From a bacterium UBP15_UBA6099 (GTDB lineage Bacteria > UBP15 > UBA6099): a DNA stretch of 64,000 bases. The stretch spans positions 19,096 to 83,095 of the forward strand of contig DIWT01000004.1 in the NCBI GenBank assembly GCA_002435745.1. The letters run 5' to 3'. Under the pieces are notes generated by a model. That model did no database searches. It worked only from the letters and a program-made list of their open reading frames with translations, and was not told the DNA's origin. Positions 8,932 through 18,484 of the stretch are shown piece by piece; the first letter of the stretch is position 1, and each line of letters opens with the position of its first letter. Position numbers and translations under genes: made by a program.

Positions 8932-9078
8932 ATGTTTGAGGACGATAAGGGATTGATTAACAATAATGAAATCGAAAATGATACACTGGAATTGGAATGG
9001 GAAGTTGCTGTTCCAGTTGATAGGTCAAGAGTAAGCCACATGTATTGTTTTAAAAACTGTTCCGTTAACTCTAATTAG
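8932..9078 (+). CDS. Candidate RiPP precursor peptide, 48 aa: MFEDDKGLINNNEIENDTLELEWEVAVPVDRSRVSHMYCFKNCSVNSN
   Basis: Not in the ORF track because it is under 60 aa. ATG at 8932 is preceded by GGGGGG 5 nt upstream. It has an acidic leader-like N-terminus and a C-terminal core with two Cys plus Ser/Asn. It ends 111 nt upstream of an rSAM-SPASM enzyme that carries an RRE. Confidence 0.55.
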   Translation: MFEDDKGLINNNEIENDTLELEWEVAVPVDRSRVSHMYCFKNCSVNSN

Positions 9079-9189
9079 AATGGTTAGGGAGAACATCAAA
9101 CTGAAATCTTCTTGAAGGAGTGATATACTTTTTTCGAATTTAAATATGAAGGAAAAGAAGTAGCAAAACAGACAGTTAGAACAACTTTA

Positions 9190-10503
9190 TTGTTACATCA
9201 CTCTTATGCTGTTCCTCAAAATGTATCAGTTGTTAGAAAAGACGATGTTATTTTGGTAATTAATCCACAAACAGCTAATTGGCTGGTGCTAAACGATATT
9301 GAATTAGAAGTATATTTTTTGCTCGCAGAAGGAATAACAATAAAAAAGGTCATAGAGAAGATTTCTAAAAAAAGCAACTGTAATCAACATGCCTCTTCAA
9401 TTGTCAAAAGATTTCTTGCTCAATCGGAAGCTAAACAATTCAACAAAACTGTTGGGACTGTGTTCGCAGATTCATTTGGGATGTATGTTTTTCTAACATT
9501 TGACTGCAATCTGAAGTGTAGTCACTGTTTTCTATACGATAAACCACGACTCGGAGATCCTCTTGAAATTGAACAATGGAAAAGAATACTCATTGATTTT
9601 CAGCTTGCCGGAGGAGAAAAGATAACATTATCTGGAGGGGAACCGACACTTTTTGATTCCTTTGCAGATATCCTTGTTTTTGCACATGGCATTGGATTGA
9701 AAGTGACATTATTGACAAATGGCATGATTTTGCATTCGGAACTACTAGAATTATATTCTAACAATGTAGATGAACTCCAGATTAGCCTCGATGGACCGGA
9801 AGAGATTAGTCACGAGATGATAAGGGGAAAGGGAACTTACTTTAAGACATACTCAAACATAAAAAAAGCGTTAGACAAGGGCGTTATGGTTACTATTGCC
9901 ATGACGCCAACTTTTGAGACATTTCCATTTTTCGAAGAGCATTTTGTTCGATTTGCGAAATCTTTACTTAATGAATACTCAAATGTAAATGTTAAATTGA
10001 CACAAAAGCTTCTTCGATCAAAAATGTCGATTTATTCGGATACGGATATGAATAAATATTACGCAAAAGGAAATAGACTGATTAATAATCTTTATGAGGA
10101 TTATTCCATCAATGCGTTTTATTTAGACCACCCTGTGAATACAATACGACGCAATTGTGGTTATGGCGAGATATCAGTTATTCCAGACGGAACCGTGTAT
10201 TTATGTAGTAGGATTTGTGATTTGAAACCAGTTGCAAATTTAAAGGAATTAAAAATGGTAAACGTGATACAAATTGCACGAGAGGAGAAAGAGAGGGCTT
10301 CAGTGGAGAATATCATCCCATGTCAGCATTGTTGTTTAAGGTATATCTGTTCTGGTGGTTGCAGAATAGACGACATCCCTGATTTTTGTAATGGACAATT
10401 GACTGTAGATTGTCCTGAAGAAAGGAAGCAACAAATATTTGACATGATGATAGAATCAAACAATATGTATTTCAATATAGAGTATAAACCAAATAATGAA
10501 TGA
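9190..10503 (+). CDS. Radical SAM/SPASM-domain peptide-modifying enzyme with N-terminal PqqD-like RiPP recognition element
   Basis: The N-terminus (VILVINPQTANWLVLNDIELEVYFLLAEGITIKKVIEKI) is PqqD/RRE-like. The rSAM motif is FDCNLKCSHCF (Cx3Cx2C), with GGEPTLF present. The C-terminal Cys cluster CQHCCLRYICSGGCR is typical of SPASM auxiliary-cluster domains. Confidence 0.8.
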   Translation: MLHHSYAVPQNVSVVRKDDVILVINPQTANWLVLNDIELEVYFLLAEGITIKKVIEKISKKSNCNQHASSIVKRFLAQSEAKQFNKTVGTVFADSFGMYVFLTFDCNLKCSHCFLYDKPRLGDPLEIEQWKRILIDFQLAGGEKITLSGGEPTLFDSFADILVFAHGIGLKVTLLTNGMILHSELLELYSNNVDELQISLDGPEEISHEMIRGKGTYFKTYSNIKKALDKGVMVTIAMTPTFETFPFFEEHFVRFAKSLLNEYSNVNVKLTQKLLRSKMSIYSDTDMNKYYAKGNRLINNLYEDYSINAFYLDHPVNTIRRNCGYGEISVIPDGTVYLCSRICDLKPVANLKELKMVNVIQIAREEKERASVENIIPCQHCCLRYICSGGCRIDDIPDFCNGQLTVDCPEERKQQIFDMMIESNNMYFNIEYKPNNE

Positions 10504-12898
10504 AGAACATAAACATAAAAGCATATTAATTATATTTATAAATTGGGCTCATCAGCCTAGGATCAGGATAGTCCAGCGAACATATGCTGCTAGAAACAGC
10601 CCCTCTCCCAATGCAATAAAAGATATTGATCATATCAATCCATCATTGATTGCGCAATTTCCTGACGATCTTGACAAAAAGTTGTTGGGTTGGCTGATGG
10701 TGCCTCACAAAGCATTGCTTCCAGACCCGGTCAGGGTCAATGATATACCTGTTGGAATAATCAATGAATACATAAAGCGCAAGCGTGCCTATTATTCTCC
10801 TTCAGGAAAAAACAAATCCTTAAAAAGAATATATTCTGTAGATATTGACATCCCTAATGTTGGTGTATATTCTTGGAGTATCAATGAACGAAATCTAATT
10901 TTGAGTAGTAGTTTTATTGGCGACGATATGGTTATCATTGAGAAACATCCTATTATGATAATCTCAAGAACAGAAAACAATAATTATGTTGGTATTCCAT
11001 ACGCAAGGGTAAAACACAACGATGGTTATGTGCCTTTGTTTTCTTTTAGTAAGGAAGCGACATTAACACTGCTAAGTCAATTAATTAAATGTGCAAGATC
11101 AGAAGATTATCTTTTGTGGTATTTTCCTGACAACATGTATGAATTGTCATTATCGATTGAAACACTTATAAACGATGGTTGGGATATCGAATATGATGAC
11201 AAGAAAAGAGTTGTAAAAACGACTCGATGGAATATGAAAGCAAATGATAAAACCGATTGGTTTGAAATTGATGGAGTTGCTCAATATAATGACAGCACAT
11301 TGTCTATATCAGAAATGCTTGCGGCATTGAGAAAGAGGTCGGCTTTTGTTGCGTTAGAATCAGGGGGTATAGCGGTTCTTCCTTCAGATTGGATAAAAAA
11401 TATTATTCCAATGGAACCATATCTCTCTGCAAATATGAGAATATCCAGATCATTCGTTGGATTAATAAGTGCGTCAACAAGCATCAATTCAGAGAATAGT
11501 ATTAGTTACAAAATAGCAAGAAAACTTATCTCAGCGCAAAACAATTATGAACCGGTATTATGGGATGGTAAATGTCTGAAACCATATCAGAATTGTGCTG
11601 TAAATTGGCTTAATGAAGCATATAAACAAAACATTGGATGTCTTCTTGCGGATGAAATGGGATTGGGTAAAACCATTGTTACTCTTGCTCACCTGTCTTT
11701 ATTTAAGGGAGATCATCTTATAGTAGCTCCAGCTTCAATCATATCTAATTGGATTCATGAAATTGAAGTAAATTTACCTAACGCAATGTGGTCTCTATGG
11801 GGATCAAAAGAAGAACAATCTGATTCTTCAAGAACCAGCATATATTTAATGAGCTATCAAACCATGCTTAGAAACATAGATGCGATAACTATGAAGCGTT
11901 ATATGGTAGCAGTATTCGACGAATCACAGTATTTAAAAAACTCATTTTCGATGACGGCGAATGCAGCAAGGAAAGTTAAATGCAATCAAGCTATCGCATT
12001 AACAGGAACACCAATTGAGAATAATGTATCGGAGTTGTGGAGTCATTTGAACCTTGTTGCGCCGAATTGGCACAATAATCGAAGGAATTTTGAGACTATT
12101 TGTAGCGAAGCAACCAAGAGTGATGCCTCGTTGATTCATCTTAGAAAAGCTTTGTCTCCATTTATATTGAGAAGAACTAGAAGTGATGTTTTAAAAGATT
12201 TACCTGATTTGAATATCGAGATAATAAGATGTGAGTTGAGTGAAGACCATCTAAAGCTCTACAAAAAATGGATGATATCAGCAAGAAAGGCTTTTTCTGA
12301 CCCTGAGCATAGAACAAGAAAAAAAGGTGCGGTGTTAGAAGTGTTGTTAAGATTGAGGCAAATCTGTTGTGACCCGCTTTTGATAACACAAGACTATGAT
12401 GGTGATGTTGTTGTGTCAGGAAAAACTGAAGCAATATTAAATGCTATTATTGTGATTTCTGAATATGACAAATTATTAGTGTTTTCACAGTTTTCATCAT
12501 ATTTGGAGTTATTAAAAACCTTACTAGATAAGCATTTTGTGAATAATTTACTATTGATCGGAACTACTGGCAACAGAGATGATGTGATAAAAGAATTTAA
12601 AGAATCAGAAAACACAAATGTATTATTAGCAAGTCTTAAAGTTGGAGGCGTCGGATTGAACTTAATAGAAGCTGCTAACGTAGTATTATGTGATCCATGG
12701 TGGAATCCTGCTGCAGAGATGCAAGCATGGTCAAGAGCATATAGAATGGGGCAAAAGAAAAATGTAAATGTTATAAAATTTGTGTGTAAAAACACTATAG
12801 AAGAACGCATATTGGAGCTTCAAGAAAAAAAAGCTACACTGAATCAATTTGTGCCAGAAAAAATATCAAGCAAAGAAATTATTGAATTATTGAAATAA
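10496..12898 (+). CDS. SNF2-family (Swi2/Snf2, RapA/YwqA-like) helicase/ATPase, 800 aa
   Basis: Motif I LLADEMGLGKT, motif II VFDESQYLKN (the DExH-like box of SNF2), motif III LTGTPIENNVSELWSHLNLV, and C-terminal AWSRAYRMGQKKNVNVIKF (SNF2 motif VI). About 350 aa at the N-terminus are unassigned. The start overlaps the rSAM stop by 8 nt, which implies translational coupling. Confidence 0.85.
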   Translation: MNEEHKHKSILIIFINWAHQPRIRIVQRTYAARNSPSPNAIKDIDHINPSLIAQFPDDLDKKLLGWLMVPHKALLPDPVRVNDIPVGIINEYIKRKRAYYSPSGKNKSLKRIYSVDIDIPNVGVYSWSINERNLILSSSFIGDDMVIIEKHPIMIISRTENNNYVGIPYARVKHNDGYVPLFSFSKEATLTLLSQLIKCARSEDYLLWYFPDNMYELSLSIETLINDGWDIEYDDKKRVVKTTRWNMKANDKTDWFEIDGVAQYNDSTLSISEMLAALRKRSAFVALESGGIAVLPSDWIKNIIPMEPYLSANMRISRSFVGLISASTSINSENSISYKIARKLISAQNNYEPVLWDGKCLKPYQNCAVNWLNEAYKQNIGCLLADEMGLGKTIVTLAHLSLFKGDHLIVAPASIISNWIHEIEVNLPNAMWSLWGSKEEQSDSSRTSIYLMSYQTMLRNIDAITMKRYMVAVFDESQYLKNSFSMTANAARKVKCNQAIALTGTPIENNVSELWSHLNLVAPNWHNNRRNFETICSEATKSDASLIHLRKALSPFILRRTRSDVLKDLPDLNIEIIRCELSEDHLKLYKKWMISARKAFSDPEHRTRKKGAVLEVLLRLRQICCDPLLITQDYDGDVVVSGKTEAILNAIIVISEYDKLLVFSQFSSYLELLKTLLDKHFVNNLLLIGTTGNRDDVIKEFKESENTNVLLASLKVGGVGLNLIEAANVVLCDPWWNPAAEMQAWSRAYRMGQKKNVNVIKFVCKNTIEERILELQEKKATLNQFVPEKISSKEIIELLK

Positions 12899-12899
12899 A

Positions 12900-13475
12900 T
12901 CATAGCGGTTTGTGCCAGTTTTTGTATATGCCGCCGTAAGCGCCGGTGTCGTAGAGGTGGGCGATGACGAGGGCGACGGCGTTTTTGAATCCGGCGTCGC
13001 CGGAGATTGCGAAAGCGAGCGGGCCTGTAGCAGCGGAATAGTAATAGACTACGGACGCATGGGCGTTGTTCGGGACGGATGGGGCGGATATGACCGCCGC
13101 CGGGTCGCCGGGGAGCACGATATTGATTTTTGCTCCGAGAGCTGACGCGATGAATTTTAGCAGGTCGGGTTCGAAGCCGCGCGCGACGCCGTATTCATCC
13201 CTGAAGCACATGGGAGGGCGTTCGCAGTCCACCGCCGCGGCGATGATGCCGGAAGCGCGAGCGGCGCGCAACGTCTCGGAGTCCCCTGCGGCCAGTTCGA
13301 CATCCGCTGCGAGAACGCTTTGCACGGGGTCTCTGGCGGTGGCGGCGGGAACGGTTTCCGAGGGGACGGCGGACGGATCTTGACCCCGGGGGCATCCGGA
13401 AATCAGGACGGCAACTGCCGCCATAACCGCCAGCGCCGACGCGCGTTTCAACCTGTTGTGTTTCGGTTCTATCAT
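12900..13475 (-). CDS. Lipoprotein, solute-binding-protein family 3-like but short (191 aa)
   Basis: Signal peptide plus lipobox (LISGC). DEYGVARGFEPDLLKFIASALGAKINIV and the C-terminal GAYGGIYKNWHKPL resemble the N- and C-lobes of amino-acid ABC transporter SBPs, but the protein is about 70 aa too short. Confidence 0.45.
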   Translation of the reverse strand: MIEPKHNRLKRASALAVMAAVAVLISGCPRGQDPSAVPSETVPAATARDPVQSVLAADVELAAGDSETLRAARASGIIAAAVDCERPPMCFRDEYGVARGFEPDLLKFIASALGAKINIVLPGDPAAVISAPSVPNNAHASVVYYYSAATGPLAFAISGDAGFKNAVALVIAHLYDTGAYGGIYKNWHKPL

Positions 13476-13481
13476 ATCTTT

Positions 13482-14696
13482 TTACGGTTTTAATCCGTCG
13501 ATGATTTCCCTGAACTCGCGCAAGGAGCGGAGCGAGGCGAAATCGGCGTCCGTGCGCGCGGGCAGGTGGAAGGTTGCTGCGTCAAGTTCGAGCGAGCGGC
13601 GCAGGGCCGCGAGGGCCTCGTCGCGCTTGCCGGACACCGCCGCCGCCGCAGCCAGCGAGTACCACACCGACGCCCTGTGCGGAGCCAGCGCCAGCGCCGC
13701 CCGGTAGTTCTTTATAGCCTGCTCGTAGTCCCCTTTTTCGTTGTAGAGCATTCCGAGCATCAGGAGCGTTTCGAGCGAGCCGGGGTCGAGGGATTTTGCC
13801 CGCTCGAACGATTTAAGCGCCGACTGCGAGTCCGCTTTCAGGTAGTATGTGAACCCCAGCCAGTATTGAGCGCCCGCGTCCCCGCCTCTGGCCGACGCCA
13901 CCTTTTCGAGCCGCTCGACCGCCCGGTTGAAGTCGAACTGCCGGGTGGTGAAGTACCTGCCGAGATAGTAGTGGATGTCGCGCGCGTCCGGCTCCACCTT
14001 CAAGGCCCTGTCGAAATCGGACAGACCGGCTTCGGTCTTCTGCGAGTTGATGTTCATTATGCCGCGCCCGAAGTGCCTGAACGCGTCTTTGTTTCGGATG
14101 ACGCGCTGTGCTGCCCAGAAACCCGCAGGGGCCTTGATGGGCAGTTCGGACATCACGCCGTCAAAGATTTTCTTCTGGTATTCCGAGACGTTGGCGATTG
14201 ATGATTTGAAGTTGATGCGGGAGGTTCGCGCGGAGTCGCCGGGGGGCATGTACAGCACTCTGAACTCCGAGTTCATCGGGCCGGAGGAGAGCCGCCAGTG
14301 ACGGCCCATGACTACTAGGTCGGCGTTGGACATCCTGCCGAACTCCTTCGCGGCGGGTTTGTCTTGGTTCCATAGTTTGCGGATGTCGGCGGCGCGCAGA
14401 TACGTTTCGATGTCCGATTCCGGAACGACGCCCGCGCCCGGCAACGATTCGATTCTATATGCCAGCGAGGTGTTTATCGCGCTCGTCAGGGCGGTGTCGT
14501 CTGCGGAGAGCTTTTCCGAATAGTCAATGACCGCCACAGTGCGGTAAGTTTCAGCAGCTTTCGTCGCGGCCCCGGCGAGCACAGCGGCCGCGAAGCACAG
14601 GCAGGCTACCCGCCTCCGGAACCGCGTCGCGCGGCTGCCCGGAGCGCGCGCTCCTCGCGCGGACATCTCTTTATCTATATGCTCAGCAAAGATCAT
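13482..14696 (-). CDS. Tetratricopeptide-repeat protein, secreted (signal peptide)
   Basis: Repeated W/Y-LG-Y...A-F...A..P TPR-like blocks (AQYWLGFTYYLKADSQSALKSFERA; YYLGRYFTTRQFDFNRAVERLEKV) and an N-terminal hydrophobic segment. Confidence 0.65.
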   Translation of the reverse strand: MIFAEHIDKEMSARGARAPGSRATRFRRRVACLCFAAAVLAGAATKAAETYRTVAVIDYSEKLSADDTALTSAINTSLAYRIESLPGAGVVPESDIETYLRAADIRKLWNQDKPAAKEFGRMSNADLVVMGRHWRLSSGPMNSEFRVLYMPPGDSARTSRINFKSSIANVSEYQKKIFDGVMSELPIKAPAGFWAAQRVIRNKDAFRHFGRGIMNINSQKTEAGLSDFDRALKVEPDARDIHYYLGRYFTTRQFDFNRAVERLEKVASARGGDAGAQYWLGFTYYLKADSQSALKSFERAKSLDPGSLETLLMLGMLYNEKGDYEQAIKNYRAALALAPHRASVWYSLAAAAAVSGKRDEALAALRRSLELDAATFHLPARTDADFASLRSLREFREIIDGLKP

Positions 14697-14812
14697 AGGC
14701 GACCGGCCGGGCGCCGCCCGGCGTTGGCAACATTATATAAATTATCGCGCCGTATCGGATAAATGGCAACCTGAGCGGAGCGGGGCTGCGCGCTGCCTTC
14801 GGTTCGCGGGCG

Positions 14813-15646
14813 TCACACAGCCGTTTTCTCAAGCCGCTTGATTCTCTCCGCTATCGGCGGGTGGGTGGAGAACAGCCCCGCCAGCGCGCCGCCTCCGAAC
14901 GGGTTGACTATGAACATGTGCGCCGTCGCGCTGTTGCCGCCTCTTATCGGATGCCGCTTTGAGACCGCTTCGAGCTTCGCCAGCGCGGTGGCCAGCCCGC
15001 GCGGATTTCTTGTCAACCGCGCCGCCGCGTCGTCCGCCATGTACTCCCTCGATCTGGATATCGCCATTTGAATAAGCATCGCGGCTATGGGCGCGAACAC
15101 TGCCGTCGCAATGAGCGTGACGACGTTGCCCCTGTTGTCCCTGCCGCCGAATATGGCGGCCCAGCGCGCCATCGAGGCCAGCATCATTATCGCCCCCGCC
15201 ATCGCCGCCGCCAGACATGATATCAGCGTGTCCCGATTCTTTATGTGGCCTATCTCGTGGGCGATGACCCCTTCGACCTCCGCCTCGTCCAGAATGTCCA
15301 GCAGTCCCTGAGTGACCGCCACCACTCCGTTCGCCGGATTCCGCCCTGTGGCGAACGCGTTCGGAACTGGCATCGGAACCAGATACACTCGGGGCGCGGG
15401 GATGCCCGCCGCCGCCGACAGCTTCGCCACCATCGCGTTGATGCGCGGCGCGGCCTCCGGCGGCAGTTCCTTCGCGCGATACATCGCCAACACTATCCTG
15501 TCGCTGAACCAGTACATCGAAAAATTCATCGCGAGAGCCGCCACGAAAGCGAACGCCATTCCTGCCTCTCCGCCCATCAGACCCCCGACAAGCAGAAAGA
15601 ATCCGAACAGCGCCCCCATTAGAAATGTTGTTTTCAACGTGTTCAT
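14813..15646 (-). CDS. htpX: Zinc metalloprotease HtpX (M48 family)
   Basis: HEIGHIKNRD zinc-binding motif, membrane helices, and an AAGGAG RBS. Confidence 0.85.
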   Translation of the reverse strand: MNTLKTTFLMGALFGFFLLVGGLMGGEAGMAFAFVAALAMNFSMYWFSDRIVLAMYRAKELPPEAAPRINAMVAKLSAAAGIPAPRVYLVPMPVPNAFATGRNPANGVVAVTQGLLDILDEAEVEGVIAHEIGHIKNRDTLISCLAAAMAGAIMMLASMARWAAIFGGRDNRGNVVTLIATAVFAPIAAMLIQMAISRSREYMADDAAARLTRNPRGLATALAKLEAVSKRHPIRGGNSATAHMFIVNPFGGGALAGLFSTHPPIAERIKRLEKTAV

Positions 15647-15913
15647 ATCTTCTTCTCCTTAACTAACAATCGCGCCGACCTGATTTCCGCGCGTTGCAAC
15701 CAAACGAGCGCGCTAATTAATACTAATGAAAAACTCTCCGGCCAACAACACGCGTCGCGGCAAACAACCGTCCGCGCCTCTCGCCTCGGCTCATCCAGCG
15801 TTTATGCTCAAACGTTTTTAATGGTATGCAGCAGTTTGTGTTGACGCGTGATTTAAGTGAAGAGCGGGAGAAACATTCAGTCAGGCATATCGAACGAAAG
15901 TTCTTATCTAAAC

Positions 15914-18484
15914 TCATTTATTAATTGACATGTTATAAAAAACACGACTGTCCTCGGCGCTTAGCACAGTATCGTAAAGGCCGATGTCTTCGCCTTCGTG
16001 CTTATTGACGCCTATATAAATTAGACTGGAATCTTCGTATCGTTTAAACTTATAGACAGCGTCATTCATCAATGCGCTATTGAATACTCCAAGGCTTACC
16101 AACAACTCGAACTCTTTCATAGTCAGGCCGGTTACTTTCTTGAACAAACCCGGCTCCAGTTGCGTGATGACATCCTTCAGACATCGCTCTCGATAATCGG
16201 TCAAATACATAAAGATTGGCAAACGCGTGGCGAACTTGATAAGTTTTTCCTGAATCTGCTTCCGCAAGCTTTTGTATTCCTTTTCCTCCTCGGTGAGCTT
16301 CTTCTTTTCCTTTGTGGAAAGCTCTTTGTCATTTGCTTCCTTTCTCGCCTTTTTCACGGCTTCCGACTTGTTGATAATAGTCTCGATGTCCTGATTGAGG
16401 TTGCGAAAGCCTTCAATTCTCATTAGCGCATCCATAGCGGCTTTGTTGCTCATGAGCCGTTTCAGGGCTTCGTTATCCACATTAACCAGCAAAGCGCTTT
16501 CCCAGCGCCTCGCCAAAAGAGTTGCTGTAGTTCCACTCATCGCCATATCCAGAATGCCTGCGGCATTGATCTCTTTCATTGAACTGCCGTCATAGGCTAA
16601 CACTGGAAGAAAGTTTATAAACTCCGCCACCTTCTTTTCGGGATTGGACTCATCGACATTCAGTCGGCAACTGTAATCGGCGATCTGCCGCAAAGCTCTG
16701 TCCGGCGCGAAATCAAAGACATAGCATTCCTCTTTAATGATTTGCTCCCGATTCGGCGCTGTGTTGTCGGGATTCCTGATTGACCAAGGTGATTGCACGC
16801 GGAAAGCAGCCTGAAAATAGGTCTCGGGACTGGACGAATTCCGCAACATGAGGATGCCGGTCCACGGCCTTACCGTGACTCCTGTGGTCAGTTTGCCGCA
16901 TGACAGGGTAATTGTTTTGGTTGCTAAGGGATCGTCCATGGCCTCCTGCACGGGCGGCAAAGCGGCAACGCCAATACCGGCGTCGCTTCCCGCCGCAACG
17001 ATTACTTCGTAATCGCGATAGAACTTATTCTGTTTCTTCGCCATAAGGTTGCGCATTGCGTGACACGAGGCAACACTGGGCAGAAACCAGAAGGTGTGCG
17101 ATAAAACATTCAGTAATCGCGCATCGGAAAACGGCATCGGCGGTTTTTGAGCGCCCAGTTTCAAGTTGTCAATATTTGTTGCCGAGAATGAGCCGCGTAT
17201 CAAATCAAGCCACTTCTGCACTTCATCCGTGTACGTAAATTTCGCCTTGTTTCCCGCCCCGGTAGCGGAAAAAAAAGTGTTAAGATCGAACTCATTGAAC
17301 TCGCCCTGCATGGCGATTTCGCGTATCGAATCGGGCAGTTGATAGGTCATTAACACCATTCGAGGAAGCGCCGCGTATGGATTGTCCCCGCCTGTCCATT
17401 CCTGCTTGGCCCGCTGCTCGTCCGAATACGTCCAGTTAAAAATCTGCTCCTCGATGAATTCGCCGGACGCAATGGCCCTAAACGGCGTGCCGGATAGATA
17501 GAGATATGCATTCGTGGTAATCGGCATAATCTCTTCGTCAAAATCCTCAATGCCGGCGCCTTCTCCAAACTCGATTTCTTTCTTGTCCTCCGCCGCAAAA
17601 AGCTCTCTGGCGTTTTCGCGCCACGCGCCGTAGTGATACTCGTCAAGGATGACACAATCCCAGTTGGTCTCATGCGCCCATTCATTCTTGGTCTTGAGCC
17701 CCCCGGTGCTTTTGTTCTTGCCAAGGTGATCCTGAAAAGAACCGAAACAGACGAAAGGCTTCTTCTTGTCCGCGTCTTCGTATGATAAACCGCCCGGCGA
17801 GATAAACTGCCACCCTTTGAAATCAATATGGCATTTCAAGTCTTCTTCCCATGCGTTCTGCACTGCGGGCTTGAAGGTCAGCACAAGAACCTTGCGCCAG
17901 TCCATTTTCTTAGCGAGCTGATAGGCGGCAAAGGTTTTGCCAAAGCGCATTTTAGCGTTCCATAGAAAGCGCGGCGACTTATCCTTGTTTTCCTTTCTGA
18001 AACTCTTGAAATAAGCGACGGTCTTTTCCACCGCCGCTTCCTGTTCCGGTCGCATCTTGAAATCAAGCGAACGGTTTTCCTCGTTCATTTCACCAGTTCT
18101 CAGAGCAATGACCGCCGCTTTTACCTGTTTTGCCGAACATTTGAACCATTCCCCTTTGGGATTTTTGACGCCGATGGCTCGTAAGCGACGGTGAACATCA
18201 TGGTCGGTGAAGACCGTGCCGTCATTGCGCATTGCGAATTCTTCAAGGACGATCCGATACGGCGGTTTTCCCGGCCTCAATGTCGGATATTGCTGTTCCA
18301 CGCGCGTCCGGGCGTCCGCTAATGTATAGCCGACTTTGAGCAATCCCGCGTATTGAGGATTTGTGTCCTCGTAGGCGTAGATGGTCGGTTTGGAATCCGG
18401 CCGCTGAGGGAAGAAATTATCAGGTTTCCTCGGCATTGTTTCCCAGCTTCTTTTTAGTTTTTGCGGGCGGAAGAAAGTTGTCAC
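15914..18484 (-). CDS. Defense-type helicase: N-terminal T5orf172/GIY-YIG-like domain fused to an SF2 (Type III Res-like) DEAD/DEAH helicase, 856 aa
   Basis: IYAYEDTNPQYAGLLKVGYT is a GIY-YIG/T5orf172-like beta-hairpin. The Walker A is AKMRFGKTFAAYQLA and the DExH box is VILDEYHYGA. About 450 aa at the C-terminus are uncharacterised. An alternative start lies at 18436. Confidence 0.7.
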   Translation of the reverse strand: MTTFFRPQKLKRSWETMPRKPDNFFPQRPDSKPTIYAYEDTNPQYAGLLKVGYTLADARTRVEQQYPTLRPGKPPYRIVLEEFAMRNDGTVFTDHDVHRRLRAIGVKNPKGEWFKCSAKQVKAAVIALRTGEMNEENRSLDFKMRPEQEAAVEKTVAYFKSFRKENKDKSPRFLWNAKMRFGKTFAAYQLAKKMDWRKVLVLTFKPAVQNAWEEDLKCHIDFKGWQFISPGGLSYEDADKKKPFVCFGSFQDHLGKNKSTGGLKTKNEWAHETNWDCVILDEYHYGAWRENARELFAAEDKKEIEFGEGAGIEDFDEEIMPITTNAYLYLSGTPFRAIASGEFIEEQIFNWTYSDEQRAKQEWTGGDNPYAALPRMVLMTYQLPDSIREIAMQGEFNEFDLNTFFSATGAGNKAKFTYTDEVQKWLDLIRGSFSATNIDNLKLGAQKPPMPFSDARLLNVLSHTFWFLPSVASCHAMRNLMAKKQNKFYRDYEVIVAAGSDAGIGVAALPPVQEAMDDPLATKTITLSCGKLTTGVTVRPWTGILMLRNSSSPETYFQAAFRVQSPWSIRNPDNTAPNREQIIKEECYVFDFAPDRALRQIADYSCRLNVDESNPEKKVAEFINFLPVLAYDGSSMKEINAAGILDMAMSGTTATLLARRWESALLVNVDNEALKRLMSNKAAMDALMRIEGFRNLNQDIETIINKSEAVKKARKEANDKELSTKEKKKLTEEEKEYKSLRKQIQEKLIKFATRLPIFMYLTDYRERCLKDVITQLEPGLFKKVTGLTMKEFELLVSLGVFNSALMNDAVYKFKRYEDSSLIYIGVNKHEGEDIGLYDTVLSAEDSRVFYNMSINK

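Noticed and set aside
8826-9041. 71-aa minus-strand ORF in the island
   Set aside because: It lies antisense to the precursor-peptide gene and its promoter and has no RBS. The plus-strand 48-codon ORF has an RBS and functional context.
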